The notes under the pieces are model-generated. The model was given only the letters and a program-made list of their open reading frames with translations. It had not been told where the DNA came from and did not search any database. Of a stretch of 46,124 bases of DNA, positions 30,062 through 39,841 are shown in pieces. The DNA lies in assembly GCA_043806415.1 (NCBI GenBank), contig JAZDHB010000025.1, positions 1 through 46,124 of the forward strand. The letters run 5' to 3'. Position numbers and translations under genes: made by a program. Source of the stretch: Candidatus Micrarchaeota archaeon (GTDB lineage: Archaea > Micrarchaeota > Micrarchaeia > Anstonellales > Anstonellaceae). Position 1 is the first letter of the stretch; every line of letters starts with the position of its first letter.

Positions 30062-30140
30062 CGGCCCTTCCTTTCTTGTCTGGCGAGGATGAGGGCGGCC
30101 CGAGCCGCCTTTTCTCAATCGTTTTTGTCCGCCTTGATGA

Positions 30141-31181
30141 TCATTTTTTCTTCCCTTTTTTCATTCCGATCTCCTTGGCATTCACCACGTTGACCGGCTT
30201 CCCGGCCAGGAATCCCTCGACGTTCTCCAGGCTGGTGTCCACGATGCGCCGGAGCGCCTCCTGGCTGTTGAAGGCGTTGTGCGGCGTGATGATGACGTTG
30301 GGCTTGTTGTAGAGAATCTGGTTGGCCACCACGGTGCGCAAGTCGAACGAGCCCGAGAATTCGGGCGAGACGAGCTGCCTCTCTTCCTTGATGGCCCGCT
30401 CCTCCTCGAGCACGTCGAGGCCCGCGCCGCCGACGTGGCCGGAGAGGATGGCGTCCACGAGCGCCTTGTTGTCGATGAGTCCGCCGCGCGCCGTGTTGAT
30501 GAGGATGACGCCCTTCTTCATCTTGGCGATGGTCTCCTTGTTGATGATGTATTTCGTGCCGGGGGTGAGCGGCGTGTGCAGGCTGATGATGTCGGATTCA
30601 TTGAGCAGCTCATCGAGCGACACGGATTTGCAGGTGAGCAATTCCATGAGGTTCGCGTCCGCGTAGGGGTCATAGACGCGCACGTGCATGCCCAGGGCCT
30701 TGGCGGTCTTGGCCACGTGCGAGCCGATCTTGCCGAATCCGATGAGCCCCAAGGTCTTGTCCGCGAGATCGAAGGTGTGCAGGCCCTCGAGGGAGAAGTT
30801 GCCCTGCCGGGTGCGCTCCACCGACTGCACGATCTTCTTGGAGAGCGCGAGCATGAGCGCGAGGGTGTGCTCGGCCACGGTGTGCGAGCCGTAAGAGGGC
30901 ACGTTGGCCACCGGGATGCCCCGCTTCGAGCACGTGGCCAGGTCGATATGGTCGAATCCGGTCGAGAAGGTGGTGATCATCCTCAGTTTGGGCATCTTCG
31001 CCAGCTGCGCGGCCCCCACCCTGGAATAGATGAACACGCCCAGCACGTCCGCCTTCGCGGCATGCGCGACGTTCTTCTCGTCCATCGGCCCGTCGATGAA
31101 CGTCAGCGCGTGGCTTTTTAGGCAGCTCTTGACGTGGGCCCGTTCCCATTGCTCCAATTCATAGAACACGATATTCGCCAT
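30141..31181 (-). CDS. D-isomer-specific 2-hydroxyacid dehydrogenase (D-lactate dehydrogenase-like), NAD-dependent
   Basis: GLIGFGKIGSHVA Rossmann motif, INTARGGLID, and the catalytic ITPHNAF. I chose the start MANIVFYELE at 31181. The track ORF N-terminal extension overlaps the upstream gene. Confidence 0.85.
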   Translation of the reverse strand: MANIVFYELEQWERAHVKSCLKSHALTFIDGPMDEKNVAHAAKADVLGVFIYSRVGAAQLAKMPKLRMITTFSTGFDHIDLATCSKRGIPVANVPSYGSHTVAEHTLALMLALSKKIVQSVERTRQGNFSLEGLHTFDLADKTLGLIGFGKIGSHVAKTAKALGMHVRVYDPYADANLMELLTCKSVSLDELLNESDIISLHTPLTPGTKYIINKETIAKMKKGVILINTARGGLIDNKALVDAILSGHVGGAGLDVLEEERAIKEERQLVSPEFSGSFDLRTVVANQILYNKPNVIITPHNAFNSQEALRRIVDTSLENVEGFLAGKPVNVVNAKEIGMKKGKKK

Positions 31182-31273
31182 TTTTCCACCCCAAACTTTC
31201 CCATGTCCGTTTTTCTTTTCATACCCGCTTTCCACCGGCTTTCCCAAATCCAAAACATGCCATTTTTCTTCTT

Positions 31274-31882
31274 TCATAACTCGAATCTCACCCAGTCCGC
31301 ATTTTTTAACCTGCACTCCCAGAGCCGGGGCGGCCGGATCCCGCTCAAAAGGCTTGCGCAGGCGATGTCGAACACCCCGTGCGAGACCACGAGGATCCGT
31401 TTTCCAGGATGGGCTTTCCTCACCCACGCCAGGAAGCGCCGGGCTCTTCCCAGCACGTCGTTCCAGCTCTCGCCGCCCGGCACGGTCTTCAGGAAATGGC
31501 TCCGGCGGCCGTCCTCATAGGGGAAGAACCGCTCCGGGCGCTCTTTCACGAGCTTGAGCATGGAGTGGCCGCTCCAGTTCCCGCAGTCCTGCTCGGAAAG
31601 CAGGCCGAGCCGGATCGCCGCAAGGCCGTATCTTTTCTCGAAATAATGCGCCGTCTGCCTCGCGCGCTTAAGCGGGCTGGTGAAAATGATATCCGGCCTC
31701 TCCTTCCATCCTCGTGCGAGCGCCCGGGCCTCCGCCCGCCCCTTTCGGGTCAGGGGCGTGTCCCTCCTCGTCCCGTTGAGGATGTGGCGGGCGTTGCCGC
31801 CCGCGCGCCCGTGGCGTACCAGCCAAAGCTGGGTCTTTCGCGCCATCGTCCTCGTCATCGTGGGATTTGTTTTCCTTCCCAT
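31274..31882 (-). CDS. Histidine phosphatase family protein (phosphoglycerate mutase-like), paralog 1
   Basis: LWLVRHGRAG RHG motif and VVSHG. TATA tttttaa lies about 30 nt upstream of ATG 31882. Confidence 0.8.
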   Translation of the reverse strand: MGRKTNPTMTRTMARKTQLWLVRHGRAGGNARHILNGTRRDTPLTRKGRAEARALARGWKERPDIIFTSPLKRARQTAHYFEKRYGLAAIRLGLLSEQDCGNWSGHSMLKLVKERPERFFPYEDGRRSHFLKTVPGGESWNDVLGRARRFLAWVRKAHPGKRILVVSHGVFDIACASLLSGIRPPRLWECRLKNADWVRFEL

Positions 31883-31964
31883 CCGCCTCGGCCCATCTAC
31901 CCTCGCGATGGTTAAAAACGTTGCCGATGGTCATTACCGGTTTGTCTGTAGTCGCTGTGTAAGA

Positions 31965-32060
31965 ATGAAAAAGAGGGAAAGAACGAAAAAAAGGAAAATA
32001 AATGGAAAAAGAGGGGAAGAACGAAAAAAAAAGGAAAATAAATGGAAAAAGACGAAAAAG
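31965..32060. repeat. About 2.4 tandem copies of a 38-40 nt A-rich unit (T-rich on the transcribed minus strand); probable terminator region
   Basis: atg(a/g)aaaaagag(g)ggaa(a)gaacgaaaaaaa(aa)ggaaaataa repeats. The minus strand carries several T5-T9 runs just downstream of the SIMPL gene stop. Confidence 0.7.
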
Positions 32061-32093
32061 AAAAGAAAGATAAAAACAGAAAGGGTTTTTTCT

Positions 32094-32918
32094 TTATTGG
32101 ACCTTGTAGCTGGCGCTCACCGACGCGGTCAGTCTGGCCATGCCTGCCGAGATCTGCGCCGGAACGGGCGCCGCCCCGCCCGCGCTCATGTCTGCGGCGC
32201 GGTAGTTGACATTCGCCACGGGCTGGACATATCCGTATCCTTCTTGCATGCTGTTCAGCCGGACGATCTTCACGCCCGAGGCGGATGCCATGGCCTGGGC
32301 CTTCTGCCCGGCATTCCCGGCCGCCTGCTCAAGCAGCAGGTTGTACGTGCTCCGGCTCAGGTTGTCCGAAAGCCCGAAGGACACGCCATCCACGTTGTTC
32401 GCCCCGTTCTGCACGGCCAGCTTAAGGATGGTGCCGGCCTGCTCCACGCGGTAGGTCACCACGCGCACGCTGTTGGTGAGCACATATCCTTTGTCCACCA
32501 TGGTCTTGTCGTTCTCGGACCACTCGGTCCAGCGGTCGAGCGAATAGCCGACGGTCTTGATGTTCTCGGCCGGCACGCCAAGTGCCTGCACGGCCTCCGT
32601 GATGGCCTGCACGGTTCTGTCGTTGTCCTGCTGGATCAGAGCCGGATCGGCACCCCGGCTCACCACTGAGAACGAGATTTCCGCCTTGTCCGGCGCCACT
32701 TCGGTCTGGGCATCCGCATTGACGCTGATGCTCGATGCCAGCAAGTCGGGCGCCGTGGTGTTGATGCTGATGGCGCATCTGTCCTTGCAGAGCACGCTGC
32801 CCTGTCCACCGGATCCGCTCATCCAGAGCGCGCCCGCCAACAGGGCCGCGGCCAGCACGATGGCGAAGGCGAGCGGAATGAGGGATCCGTGCGCATAAGC
32901 TTCTTTTTCCATAACCAT
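32094..32918 (-). CDS. SIMPL/DUF541 (YggE-like) secreted protein
   Basis: Signal/TM segment LIPLAFAIVLAAALLAGALW. The patterns AEISFSV...DNDRTVQAITEAVQALGV...ENIKT..YSL and the C-terminal VSASYKV are typical of the family. Confidence 0.75.
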   Translation of the reverse strand: MVMEKEAYAHGSLIPLAFAIVLAAALLAGALWMSGSGGQGSVLCKDRCAISINTTAPDLLASSISVNADAQTEVAPDKAEISFSVVSRGADPALIQQDNDRTVQAITEAVQALGVPAENIKTVGYSLDRWTEWSENDKTMVDKGYVLTNSVRVVTYRVEQAGTILKLAVQNGANNVDGVSFGLSDNLSRSTYNLLLEQAAGNAGQKAQAMASASGVKIVRLNSMQEGYGYVQPVANVNYRAADMSAGGAAPVPAQISAGMARLTASVSASYKVQ

Positions 32919-33020
32919 TTTCCCACCTCTAAGCGCTGGGCTTATGCGACTATAAAACATTGGCTCGTTTTTAATGATTGGGTTATCGTTCGCCTCTCTT
33001 TTTCTCATAACCTGACTTTC

Positions 33021-33767
33021 TTACAACCTGACGATGCCGCAGTTCTTCGCGTCCGGTCGTTTCCACGCCTCCTTGTCGTCAAACCCGCGCCGGAGCGCGT
33101 AGCAGCAGTTCATGAAGTCCGAGTGGGACACGACGACCACCCTCTTCCCGGCGTATTCGCGGTCCATCTTCGAGAGGAATTTTTCCGCCCGGTGCTTCAT
33201 CTGCTCCCAGCTCTCGCCGCCGGGCGGTTTGATGACGTGGATTTGGCCAGCCATCCGGTCGTTGTGGATGCCTCGCGCGCGCCCGGCGACCAGCGCATCC
33301 ATGTTCCGGCCCGAATAGTCCCCGTAATCCTGCTCGCGCGCGAGCGGCTCGAGCTTGATGTTCGTCCTCCATTTCGCGGCCAGCGGCCGGGCGGTGGCGA
33401 TGGCCCTCGTGAGCGGGCTGGAGAGGAGGGCGGCCGGCTTCATGTCCTCCGGCCATTCTTGAGCGAGCTTCTTGGCCTGCGCCACCCCGTCCCGGTCAAG
33501 CATGGCGTCGATGCGGCTGCCGTTGAGCACGCCCTTGAGGTTGCCCTTGCACTTGCCGTGGCGAACCATCCAGACGAAGGCCCGTTTTCGGCGCGATTTT
33601 GCTTGTTCGGGTTTATGGCGCGCCTTCGCGCGTCCGAGAATAATGCGTGCGCCGGCTCGTCCGAACCGCTTCGAGCGGCCGAGATTCGGGCGTGCTTTGG
33701 TGCTTCCGAACCCATGGCGGGCCTTTTCGCGTTCGGGTTTATGGCGTGCCTTAGCCTTGTTGCCCAT
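33021..33767 (-). CDS. Histidine phosphatase family protein, paralog 2, with an ~65-aa basic repeat-containing N-terminal extension
   Basis: VWMVRHGKCKGN RHG motif and VVVSHSDF. The extension carries KAKARHKPEREKA and RAKARHKPEQAKS repeats. TATA ctttaaaagtatat lies about 25 nt upstream of ATG 33767. Confidence 0.75.
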   Translation of the reverse strand: MGNKAKARHKPEREKARHGFGSTKARPNLGRSKRFGRAGARIILGRAKARHKPEQAKSRRKRAFVWMVRHGKCKGNLKGVLNGSRIDAMLDRDGVAQAKKLAQEWPEDMKPAALLSSPLTRAIATARPLAAKWRTNIKLEPLAREQDYGDYSGRNMDALVAGRARGIHNDRMAGQIHVIKPPGGESWEQMKHRAEKFLSKMDREYAGKRVVVVSHSDFMNCCYALRRGFDDKEAWKRPDAKNCGIVRL

Positions 33768-33889
33768 GCCTTGGCTTTCCCCATATACTTTTAAAGATTT
33801 AACACCGAAGAGAATACCATACTCTTTACCTGCCGGAACAGCGAAAATTTCCGCCAAAGGGAAAACGAGGCTTGAACCGAGGTTATCTT

Positions 33890-36088
33890 ATGGTCCGCAA
33901 AGAATACGTCGTGGATGAAGTCCAGAAGATGATGAGCAACCTGACGAACGTGCGCAACGTGGCCATCTGCGCCCACGTCGACCACGGCAAGACCACGCTC
34001 ACCGACTCGCTCGTGGCCCGCGCCGGCCTCATCTCCAAGGAGACCGCCGGCGAGCAGCGCATGATGGACTTCGACGAGCAGGAGCAGGCCCGCGGCATCA
34101 CCATCAAGGCGGCCAACATATCGCTCGCCTTCCAGCTGCGCGAGAAGGACTACCTCGTCAACCTCATCGACACGCCCGGCCACGTCGATTTCGGCGGCCA
34201 CGTCACGCGCGCCATGCGCGCGGTGGACGGCGTCATCCTGGTGGTCGATTCCGTCGAGGGCGTCATGCCCCAGACCGAGACCGTGCTGCGCCAGGCGCTA
34301 AAAGAGAAGGCGCGCCCCTGCATCTTCATCAACAAGATCGACCGGCTGGTCAACGAGCTGCAGCTCACCGACGTGCAGATGCAGCAGCGCCTGCTCAAGA
34401 TCTTCGCCCAGATCAACAAGCTCATCGAGCAGTACGCCCCGCCCGAGCAGAAGGAGAAATGGCTCATCGACGTCAAGAAGGGCACCATCGCCTTCGGCTC
34501 GGCCTACCACAAATGGGCCATCTCCACCAAAGCGATGGAGCGCTTCAACATCAAGTTCGCCGACATCTTCAAGTACTGCCGCGAGGGCGAGGAAGGCCAC
34601 AAGACCCTGCGCGAGAAATCCCCGCTGGATGAGGTGCTGCTCGACATGATCGTCGAGCATTTGCCCTCTCCGGCGGAAGCGCAGCCGTACCGCATCCCGA
34701 CCATCTGGGCCAAGGGCGACATGGAATCCGAGCAGGGCAAGTCCATGCGAATGTGCGATGCCAACGCCAAGACCATCGGCGTGTGCGTCGGCGTGGTCAA
34801 CGACCCGCACGCGGGAGAGGTGGCCATCGTGCGCCTCTTCGCCGGCCGGGTGCGCAAAGGGGACATGCTCTACCTCGCCGCTCGTTTCGCTTCCGAGAAG
34901 GTGCAGCAGGTGGCCATCTACATGGGCCCCGACCGGGTGATGGTGGACAACGTCGTCGCCGGAAACATCGTGGGCATCGTGGGCCTGCGCGACATCTATG
35001 TCGGCGAGACCGTGTCCGACGGTCCGTGCGAGCCTTTCGAGCAGATCAAGCACTATTCCGAGCCGGTCGTCACGAAGTCGATCGAGGCCAAGGATTCCAA
35101 GGAACTGGCCAAGCTCATCATGGTGCTGCGCGCGCTGGCCAAGGAGGACCCGACCCTCAAAGTCGAGCTCAACCAGGACACGGGAGAGCACCTCATCTCC
35201 GGCATGGGCGAGCTGCACCTGGAGATCATCGAGTACAAGATCACCAAGGAGAAGGGCGTGGCCATCACCACCTCGCCCCCCATCGTCGTCTACCGCGAGA
35301 TCATCAGCGGCAATTCCGGCGTGGTGGAAGGCAAGTCGCCCAACAAGCACACCAAGCTCAAATTCGAGGTCGAGCCCCTGCCCGAGACCGTCATCAAGGC
35401 GTTCGACGAGGGCAAGATCCCCGAGGGCAAGCCCAAGGGCAAGGTGCTGGTCGAGACCCTGGTCGAGGCGGGCCTGCCCCGCGACGAGGCGAAGAGCGTG
35501 GTGGACATCCACAACCGCTCCATCTTTATCAACGACACGCGCGGCATCCAGTACCTCAACGAGATCATGGAGCTCATGATCCAGGGCTTCGAGGAGGCGC
35601 TGGACAAGGGGCCCCTGTGCAAGGAGCGGGTGTTCGGCGTGAAGGTGAAAATCATCGATGCCACCATCCACGAGGACCCGGTCCACCGCGGCCCGGCCCA
35701 GATCATCCCGGCCACCAAGCGGCCCATCTACGCGGCCCTCCTGTACGCGGGCGTCACCTTGCAGGAGCCCAAGCAGAAGATCACCATCCTCGTGCCCGGC
35801 GACTACATGAGCAACGTCATCACGCTCGTGCAGGGCCGGCGCGGCACGATGCTGGACATCCAGCAGGAAGGCGAAGGGGCCACGCTCGTCGCCAAACTGG
35901 CCGTGTCCGAATTGTTCGGATTCTCCAACGACCTGCGCAGCGCCACGCAAGGGCGCGCCATCTGGTACCAGGAATACGCCGGATTCGAGCCCCTGCCGCG
36001 GGAAATGCTGCTCAAGACCGTCAAGCAGATCCGCGAGCGGAAAGGGGACAAGCCCGATCCGCCGACGCCCGCCGACTTCCTGGAATAA
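33890..36088 (+). CDS. fusA: Translation elongation factor aEF-2
   Basis: AHVDHGKTTL and DTPGHVDF. The diphthamide-site motif HEDPVHRG has its His codon at 35684-35686. GAGGT lies 7 nt upstream of ATG 33890. The track start at 33872 is a TTG. Confidence 0.95.
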   Translation: MVRKEYVVDEVQKMMSNLTNVRNVAICAHVDHGKTTLTDSLVARAGLISKETAGEQRMMDFDEQEQARGITIKAANISLAFQLREKDYLVNLIDTPGHVDFGGHVTRAMRAVDGVILVVDSVEGVMPQTETVLRQALKEKARPCIFINKIDRLVNELQLTDVQMQQRLLKIFAQINKLIEQYAPPEQKEKWLIDVKKGTIAFGSAYHKWAISTKAMERFNIKFADIFKYCREGEEGHKTLREKSPLDEVLLDMIVEHLPSPAEAQPYRIPTIWAKGDMESEQGKSMRMCDANAKTIGVCVGVVNDPHAGEVAIVRLFAGRVRKGDMLYLAARFASEKVQQVAIYMGPDRVMVDNVVAGNIVGIVGLRDIYVGETVSDGPCEPFEQIKHYSEPVVTKSIEAKDSKELAKLIMVLRALAKEDPTLKVELNQDTGEHLISGMGELHLEIIEYKITKEKGVAITTSPPIVVYREIISGNSGVVEGKSPNKHTKLKFEVEPLPETVIKAFDEGKIPEGKPKGKVLVETLVEAGLPRDEAKSVVDIHNRSIFINDTRGIQYLNEIMELMIQGFEEALDKGPLCKERVFGVKVKIIDATIHEDPVHRGPAQIIPATKRPIYAALLYAGVTLQEPKQKITILVPGDYMSNVITLVQGRRGTMLDIQQEGEGATLVAKLAVSELFGFSNDLRSATQGRAIWYQEYAGFEPLPREMLLKTVKQIRERKGDKPDPPTPADFLE

Positions 36089-36296
36089 GGGAAGGAGGCC
36101 CGCGCGGACAAAACGAAAAAGGAAGCACGCTGGCAAAACAACGATCCGGGGCGCGAGGCGAGCGCGCCCGTTTCCTTCTTTGTTTCCTTCTTTTGATTTT
36201 TCCTTTCTTTTGATTTTTTTATCTGCGCCGTTTCCTTCTTTTTATCCTTTCCATCTCCTACCATATCTATAAAAATCCAGCCTCGCTATCCTCCCC

Positions 36297-36830
36297 ATGG
36301 AACTTCACCCCAACGTGTTGCTCTATATCCTCAAGCGGGAATGGGCGTTTTTCTCCCTGGGCATCCTCCTCGTTCTGGCGGGCATCGCCACCCCCTTCAT
36401 GGGCGCCCCGTTCGAATTCAGCCTCGTGTCGGGTGCCATCGGCGTCTTCCTGCTCGTGTTCACCGCGGGCTATTCGCATCTTTACTGCCAGACCACCCGC
36501 CTCTACCTGTCCGGCGAGGAGATCGTCTATGATTCGGGCATCCTGAACAAGATATCCCGCCGGATCCCATTGCATATCTTCAGCGAAACGGCCATCCAGC
36601 GCACCTTCTTCGACACGCTCCTGGGCTCCGGCACCCTGCGCGTCTATGGCCGGCCGGGCTCGCATGCCGACATCTCGGTCTCGGAAGTCAAATTGGCCGA
36701 CATCAAGGCGATGCAGGGGGCCATCCTGGAGCTGGTGCACGAGCTGCCGCCCAGCCTGCCGGACCAGTACGGTGTCGCGGACCCGAGCAAGGCCCCGAAG
36801 CCGGCCGCCCCGGCCCCGGCGAAAAAATAG
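36297..36830 (+). CDS. Membrane-anchored bacterial-type PH domain protein (bPH_2/YdbS-like)
   Basis: Two N-terminal TM helices are followed by YLSGEEIVYDSGILNKISRRIPLHIFSETAIQRTFFDTLLGSGTLRVY. TATA ctataaaaa lies about 25 nt upstream. Confidence 0.7.
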   Translation: MELHPNVLLYILKREWAFFSLGILLVLAGIATPFMGAPFEFSLVSGAIGVFLLVFTAGYSHLYCQTTRLYLSGEEIVYDSGILNKISRRIPLHIFSETAIQRTFFDTLLGSGTLRVYGRPGSHADISVSEVKLADIKAMQGAILELVHELPPSLPDQYGVADPSKAPKPAAPAPAKK

Positions 36831-36947
36831 GAAAAAAATCAGGCGCCCGGCGTATCGCCACTCGTTTTCCCGGCCGTCCCGCAGGCATCCGGTTTTCGCA
36901 ACGCCTTCCTCTGTTTTTTTGGAATCTCCTGGTTTTCAGGCCTGCCC

Positions 36948-37763
36948 TCACATCCCGGTCACTTCCTTGGCCTGGGCCAGGAAGATGGCGATGAGATAGA
37001 CGCCATAAGCGGCCAGGAACAGCATCCCGCCCGTCCGCACCAGGCGCCGGTCGGTTGCCGCGGCGTAGAAGAGCAGGATGTTGGCGGCCAGCGTGAGCAT
37101 GTAGGACACGCTTTTTTCCATCAGGTGGCGCAGCACGAGCAGCCAGGTGATGGCGGCCAGGATGCCGGCCACGATGGCGACCGAGAAGGCGGAAGCCAGC
37201 AAGCCCGCCACGGCCACCGGGTTGATGGGCACGTTGGCGGCGATGAGCTGGATGAGCACGATGGCGCTGATGATGCACAGCGAATCGGTGAGGGCGGATT
37301 CGAGCGTGAGCAGGTTGCGCGTATCGGGCGAAATGGAAGCCTTTTCCACCAAGGTGATGACGATGGTCGAACAGGTGCCGCCCAGCACGGCGCCCAAAAG
37401 AAGGCCCGGCAGCAGGCTCCATCCCAAGCCGGTCCATGCCAGCAGGGCCACGCCGGCCACGGTGAGCACGAAGGTCAGGGCCGTGAAGGCCACGGCCTTG
37501 GGGATGGTGCGCACAAACTGGAAAATCGGCAAGCTGATGCCGCCGTTGAACAACATGATGACGAGCGCCAGGGCCCCGATGAAGGGGGCGAGGCCGGCCA
37601 GCACCGAACCGGGCCCGGAATCCACCACGTGCAGCAGGGGGCCGAGGATGAAACCCAGCGCCATGAGCACCAGCACGGACGAGATGCGCGTGCGCTCGAA
37701 GATGAGGTTGGCCGCGAATCCCGAGAAGAGGATGATGCTCAGGACGAGGAACAGTTCATACAT
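36948..37763 (-). CDS. Cation:proton antiporter family membrane protein, short (271 aa; possibly truncated)
   Basis: The N-terminus LIFERTRISSVLVLMALGFILGPLL resembles Na+/H+ exchanger family openings. It has about 8 TM segments, fewer than the 10-13 I would expect. Confidence 0.6.
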   Translation of the reverse strand: MYELFLVLSIILFSGFAANLIFERTRISSVLVLMALGFILGPLLHVVDSGPGSVLAGLAPFIGALALVIMLFNGGISLPIFQFVRTIPKAVAFTALTFVLTVAGVALLAWTGLGWSLLPGLLLGAVLGGTCSTIVITLVEKASISPDTRNLLTLESALTDSLCIISAIVLIQLIAANVPINPVAVAGLLASAFSVAIVAGILAAITWLLVLRHLMEKSVSYMLTLAANILLFYAAATDRRLVRTGGMLFLAAYGVYLIAIFLAQAKEVTGM

Positions 37764-38026
37764 GGCCGATCACGCCCTTTGAACGGGCCGGGTGTTTTTA
37801 TTCGTGCCTGTCTTGCGCCTATCGTTTCCCTCGGCAACCGGGCGTGGATGAAAATGAGCGCCCCAGCCGGGCTTTAGACAAAAAGTGCCACTTTGCAACT
37901 CTTAGACGTTCAAATCCCGACAAAATCAATGGAAATAAAGGCATTTTCGACTCCAACCTTCTATCTCAGACTTCTTCTACTTAAAATTAGTCGAACGGCT
38001 TTCCAAACAGGGATTCGGTTTTCCAT

Positions 38027-38605
38027 TTATGCGCCATTTTTGTCCAGACAGCATTTCTTATACTTCTTTCCTGAACCGCAGGGGCAGGGCTCGTTGCGGC
38101 CTATCTTGCGAGGAAGCGGGGCGGTCGGCAATGACGTTTTTCCAGCCGTGCCGATATCTTCATATTCGGAAACGGGAGTCAGATGAGAATGCTCGACCTC
38201 TTTCTCCGTGAGTATCGCGATGAATTTTAGGCATTCTTCCTCGTTGGCCGAGAAGAAGATTGCTCCCTCCACGACCTCAGCGAAGAACTTCGCGCCGAGC
38301 AAGCCAGATGCAATCTGATCATCTTCGTCATAATACGGGCTTCCCTCTTCACCCATGCGGCTCATATCCATTTGGATTTCGGCAAGCGGGCGCCAAGCCA
38401 ACTCCCGTTCGACTTTCCCGCCCCGCATCCTAAATACCCTGATGTCCTGTCCTTTGGCGTATTTGAAGAGGAGTTCGATTATTTGGTCATGATCGAAAGA
38501 TTTCTTCTGAGTGAAATCAAGAATTACCTCGAAATAATAGTCGAAACCGAAGATTTGCTCGAGCTCCTCATAGGGCTTACCAGTCAATTCCATAAACGCT
38601 CCCAT
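38027..38605 (-). CDS. SEC-C motif protein with an unknown N-terminal domain (islet cargo)
   Basis: C-terminal [16 protein letters not shown]. The start codon directly abuts the stop of the upstream ATPase gene. Confidence 0.7.
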   Translation of the reverse strand: MGAFMELTGKPYEELEQIFGFDYYFEVILDFTQKKSFDHDQIIELLFKYAKGQDIRVFRMRGGKVERELAWRPLAEIQMDMSRMGEEGSPYYDEDDQIASGLLGAKFFAEVVEGAIFFSANEEECLKFIAILTEKEVEHSHLTPVSEYEDIGTAGKTSLPTAPLPRKIGRNEPCPCGSGKKYKKCCLDKNGA

Positions 38606-39841
38606 TCAACCGGATTTTTCATCCGCCTTTTCCGTCATCCATTTCCAGGCCGGCACCATCTTGACTTTGCGCCCGTCCACTCCGAAATGGTCTTCCTGTT
38701 CCAGCGTGACAATCGTCCCTTCATCCAGCCTGAATTTCTTCATGGCCAGAACAAGGCCGTCTATCTCACGCTGGCGGTTGCTGTCTTCCATCTTGTGGCA
38801 GACTTGGACGGCTGAGCTTATCCGCCCTTTCTGTTTGAGCAGGAAGTCGCACTCACCCGCTTCTTCTTTGTAATAATACAATTCCTTTCCCTGACGCCTC
38901 AATGCCAGAAATACGGCATTCTCAAGCATCCGGCCCTCATCTGCCGAGAAAGAAAGCGAATTTGCTCTCGCCAAACCGTTGTCTATGCAGTAGGCCTTCT
39001 TTGGGGCCACCAATTGCTTGGCTGGAGAGTAGTCGAAACCGGGCAGGTAGAAGAACAGGTAGCTGTCCTCCAGGTAGGTGCCATATTGCGTTATGCTGTT
39101 GGTGGATCCCGCGTCAAAGACTTTCCTCAAACGATTGTAGGAAAATTCCTTACCCACATTGGAAACCAGATGGAGCGCCATGTCCTTGAGCAGTTTGCCA
39201 TCCCTGATCGGGTATCGAGTCATGATGTCGCGCGATAGTATGTCTGCGAGCAACTCTTGCAAGACCTCGTCCCGCTCCTTTTTGAGATAGGCCGGGAATC
39301 CGCCTTCGCGCAGATAGCGCTTGGCGCTTGCGGCATCTGCCTTTATGCCTCGGAAAGACAGAAATTCAGAATATGAGAATGGGAAAAGCTCATACGTGAG
39401 GTGCCGACCCGTCAAGAGGGTGCCTAATTCCTTAGACAATAGAGAAGCATTGGAACCGGTGAGCACGAACTTCTTGCCCTTGCCCAAGGAGCCGCTGACA
39501 TAACGCTCCCATCCCTTGATGTTCTGAACTTCATCGAAAAGGCACAGCTCGGCCGGCCCGAATTCCTCAGTCAGGACCTCTTCCAGACGGTGGAAGTCCT
39601 GCGCCTCGAAACCCGCGAGACGGGAATCCTCGAAACTGGTGTAATGGAATTTCTTGGCCCGCTTTGCCAACTGGCGCAAAAGCGTGCTCTTGCCGCCCCG
39701 GCGCACACCAGAAATGACGGTGGCGAAATCAGCGTCCGGGCTTATCCCTTTGGTGAGCTGCCTCGGGAGGTCTTTTTCGTCCATCTCGAGATCTGCCCTC
39801 TGCTTTCGCACCACCTGCTGCATGGTTTCGACCGGTATCAT
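38606..39841 (-). CDS. AAA+ ATPase of the COG1373 type (AAA_14 + DUF4143-like) (islet cargo)
   Basis: Walker A GVRRGGKST and Walker B CLFDEVQ. I chose the start MIPVETMQQ at 39841 because the TATA ctttatatac lies about 25 nt upstream. The track ORF extends to 39892. Confidence 0.75.
   Translation of the reverse strand: MIPVETMQQVVRKQRADLEMDEKDLPRQLTKGISPDADFATVISGVRRGGKSTLLRQLAKRAKKFHYTSFEDSRLAGFEAQDFHRLEEVLTEEFGPAELCLFDEVQNIKGWERYVSGSLGKGKKFVLTGSNASLLSKELGTLLTGRHLTYELFPFSYSEFLSFRGIKADAASAKRYLREGGFPAYLKKERDEVLQELLADILSRDIMTRYPIRDGKLLKDMALHLVSNVGKEFSYNRLRKVFDAGSTNSITQYGTYLEDSYLFFYLPGFDYSPAKQLVAPKKAYCIDNGLARANSLSFSADEGRMLENAVFLALRRQGKELYYYKEEAGECDFLLKQKGRISSAVQVCHKMEDSNRQREIDGLVLAMKKFRLDEGTIVTLEQEDHFGVDGRKVKMVPAWKWMTEKADEKSG

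Noticed and set aside
31680-32669. 329-aa plus-strand ORF with a lysine-rich centre
   Set aside because: The lysine-rich part is the translation of the A-rich tandem repeat or terminator region. The remainder is antisense to the SIMPL and phosphatase genes.
34298-36136. 612-aa minus-strand ORF and several 100-490 aa ORFs overlapping aEF-2
   Set aside because: They are antisense to, or out of frame with, an unambiguous EF-2 gene. Their composition is the typical GC-rich spurious pattern (runs of R, G, A, H, D), and they carry no motifs.
36948-37763. Antiporter truncated by the neighbouring islet insertion
   Set aside because: The islet boundary repeat (37859-37871) lies upstream of the antiporter start codon, not within its coding region. 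The short length therefore cannot be attributed to that insertion.
36703-37877. ORFs 36703..37437 (minus), 37125..37877 and 37147..37782 (plus) over the antiporter gene
   Set aside because: They are alternative or antisense frames of a clearly hydrophobic multi-TM gene, and their compositions are spurious.
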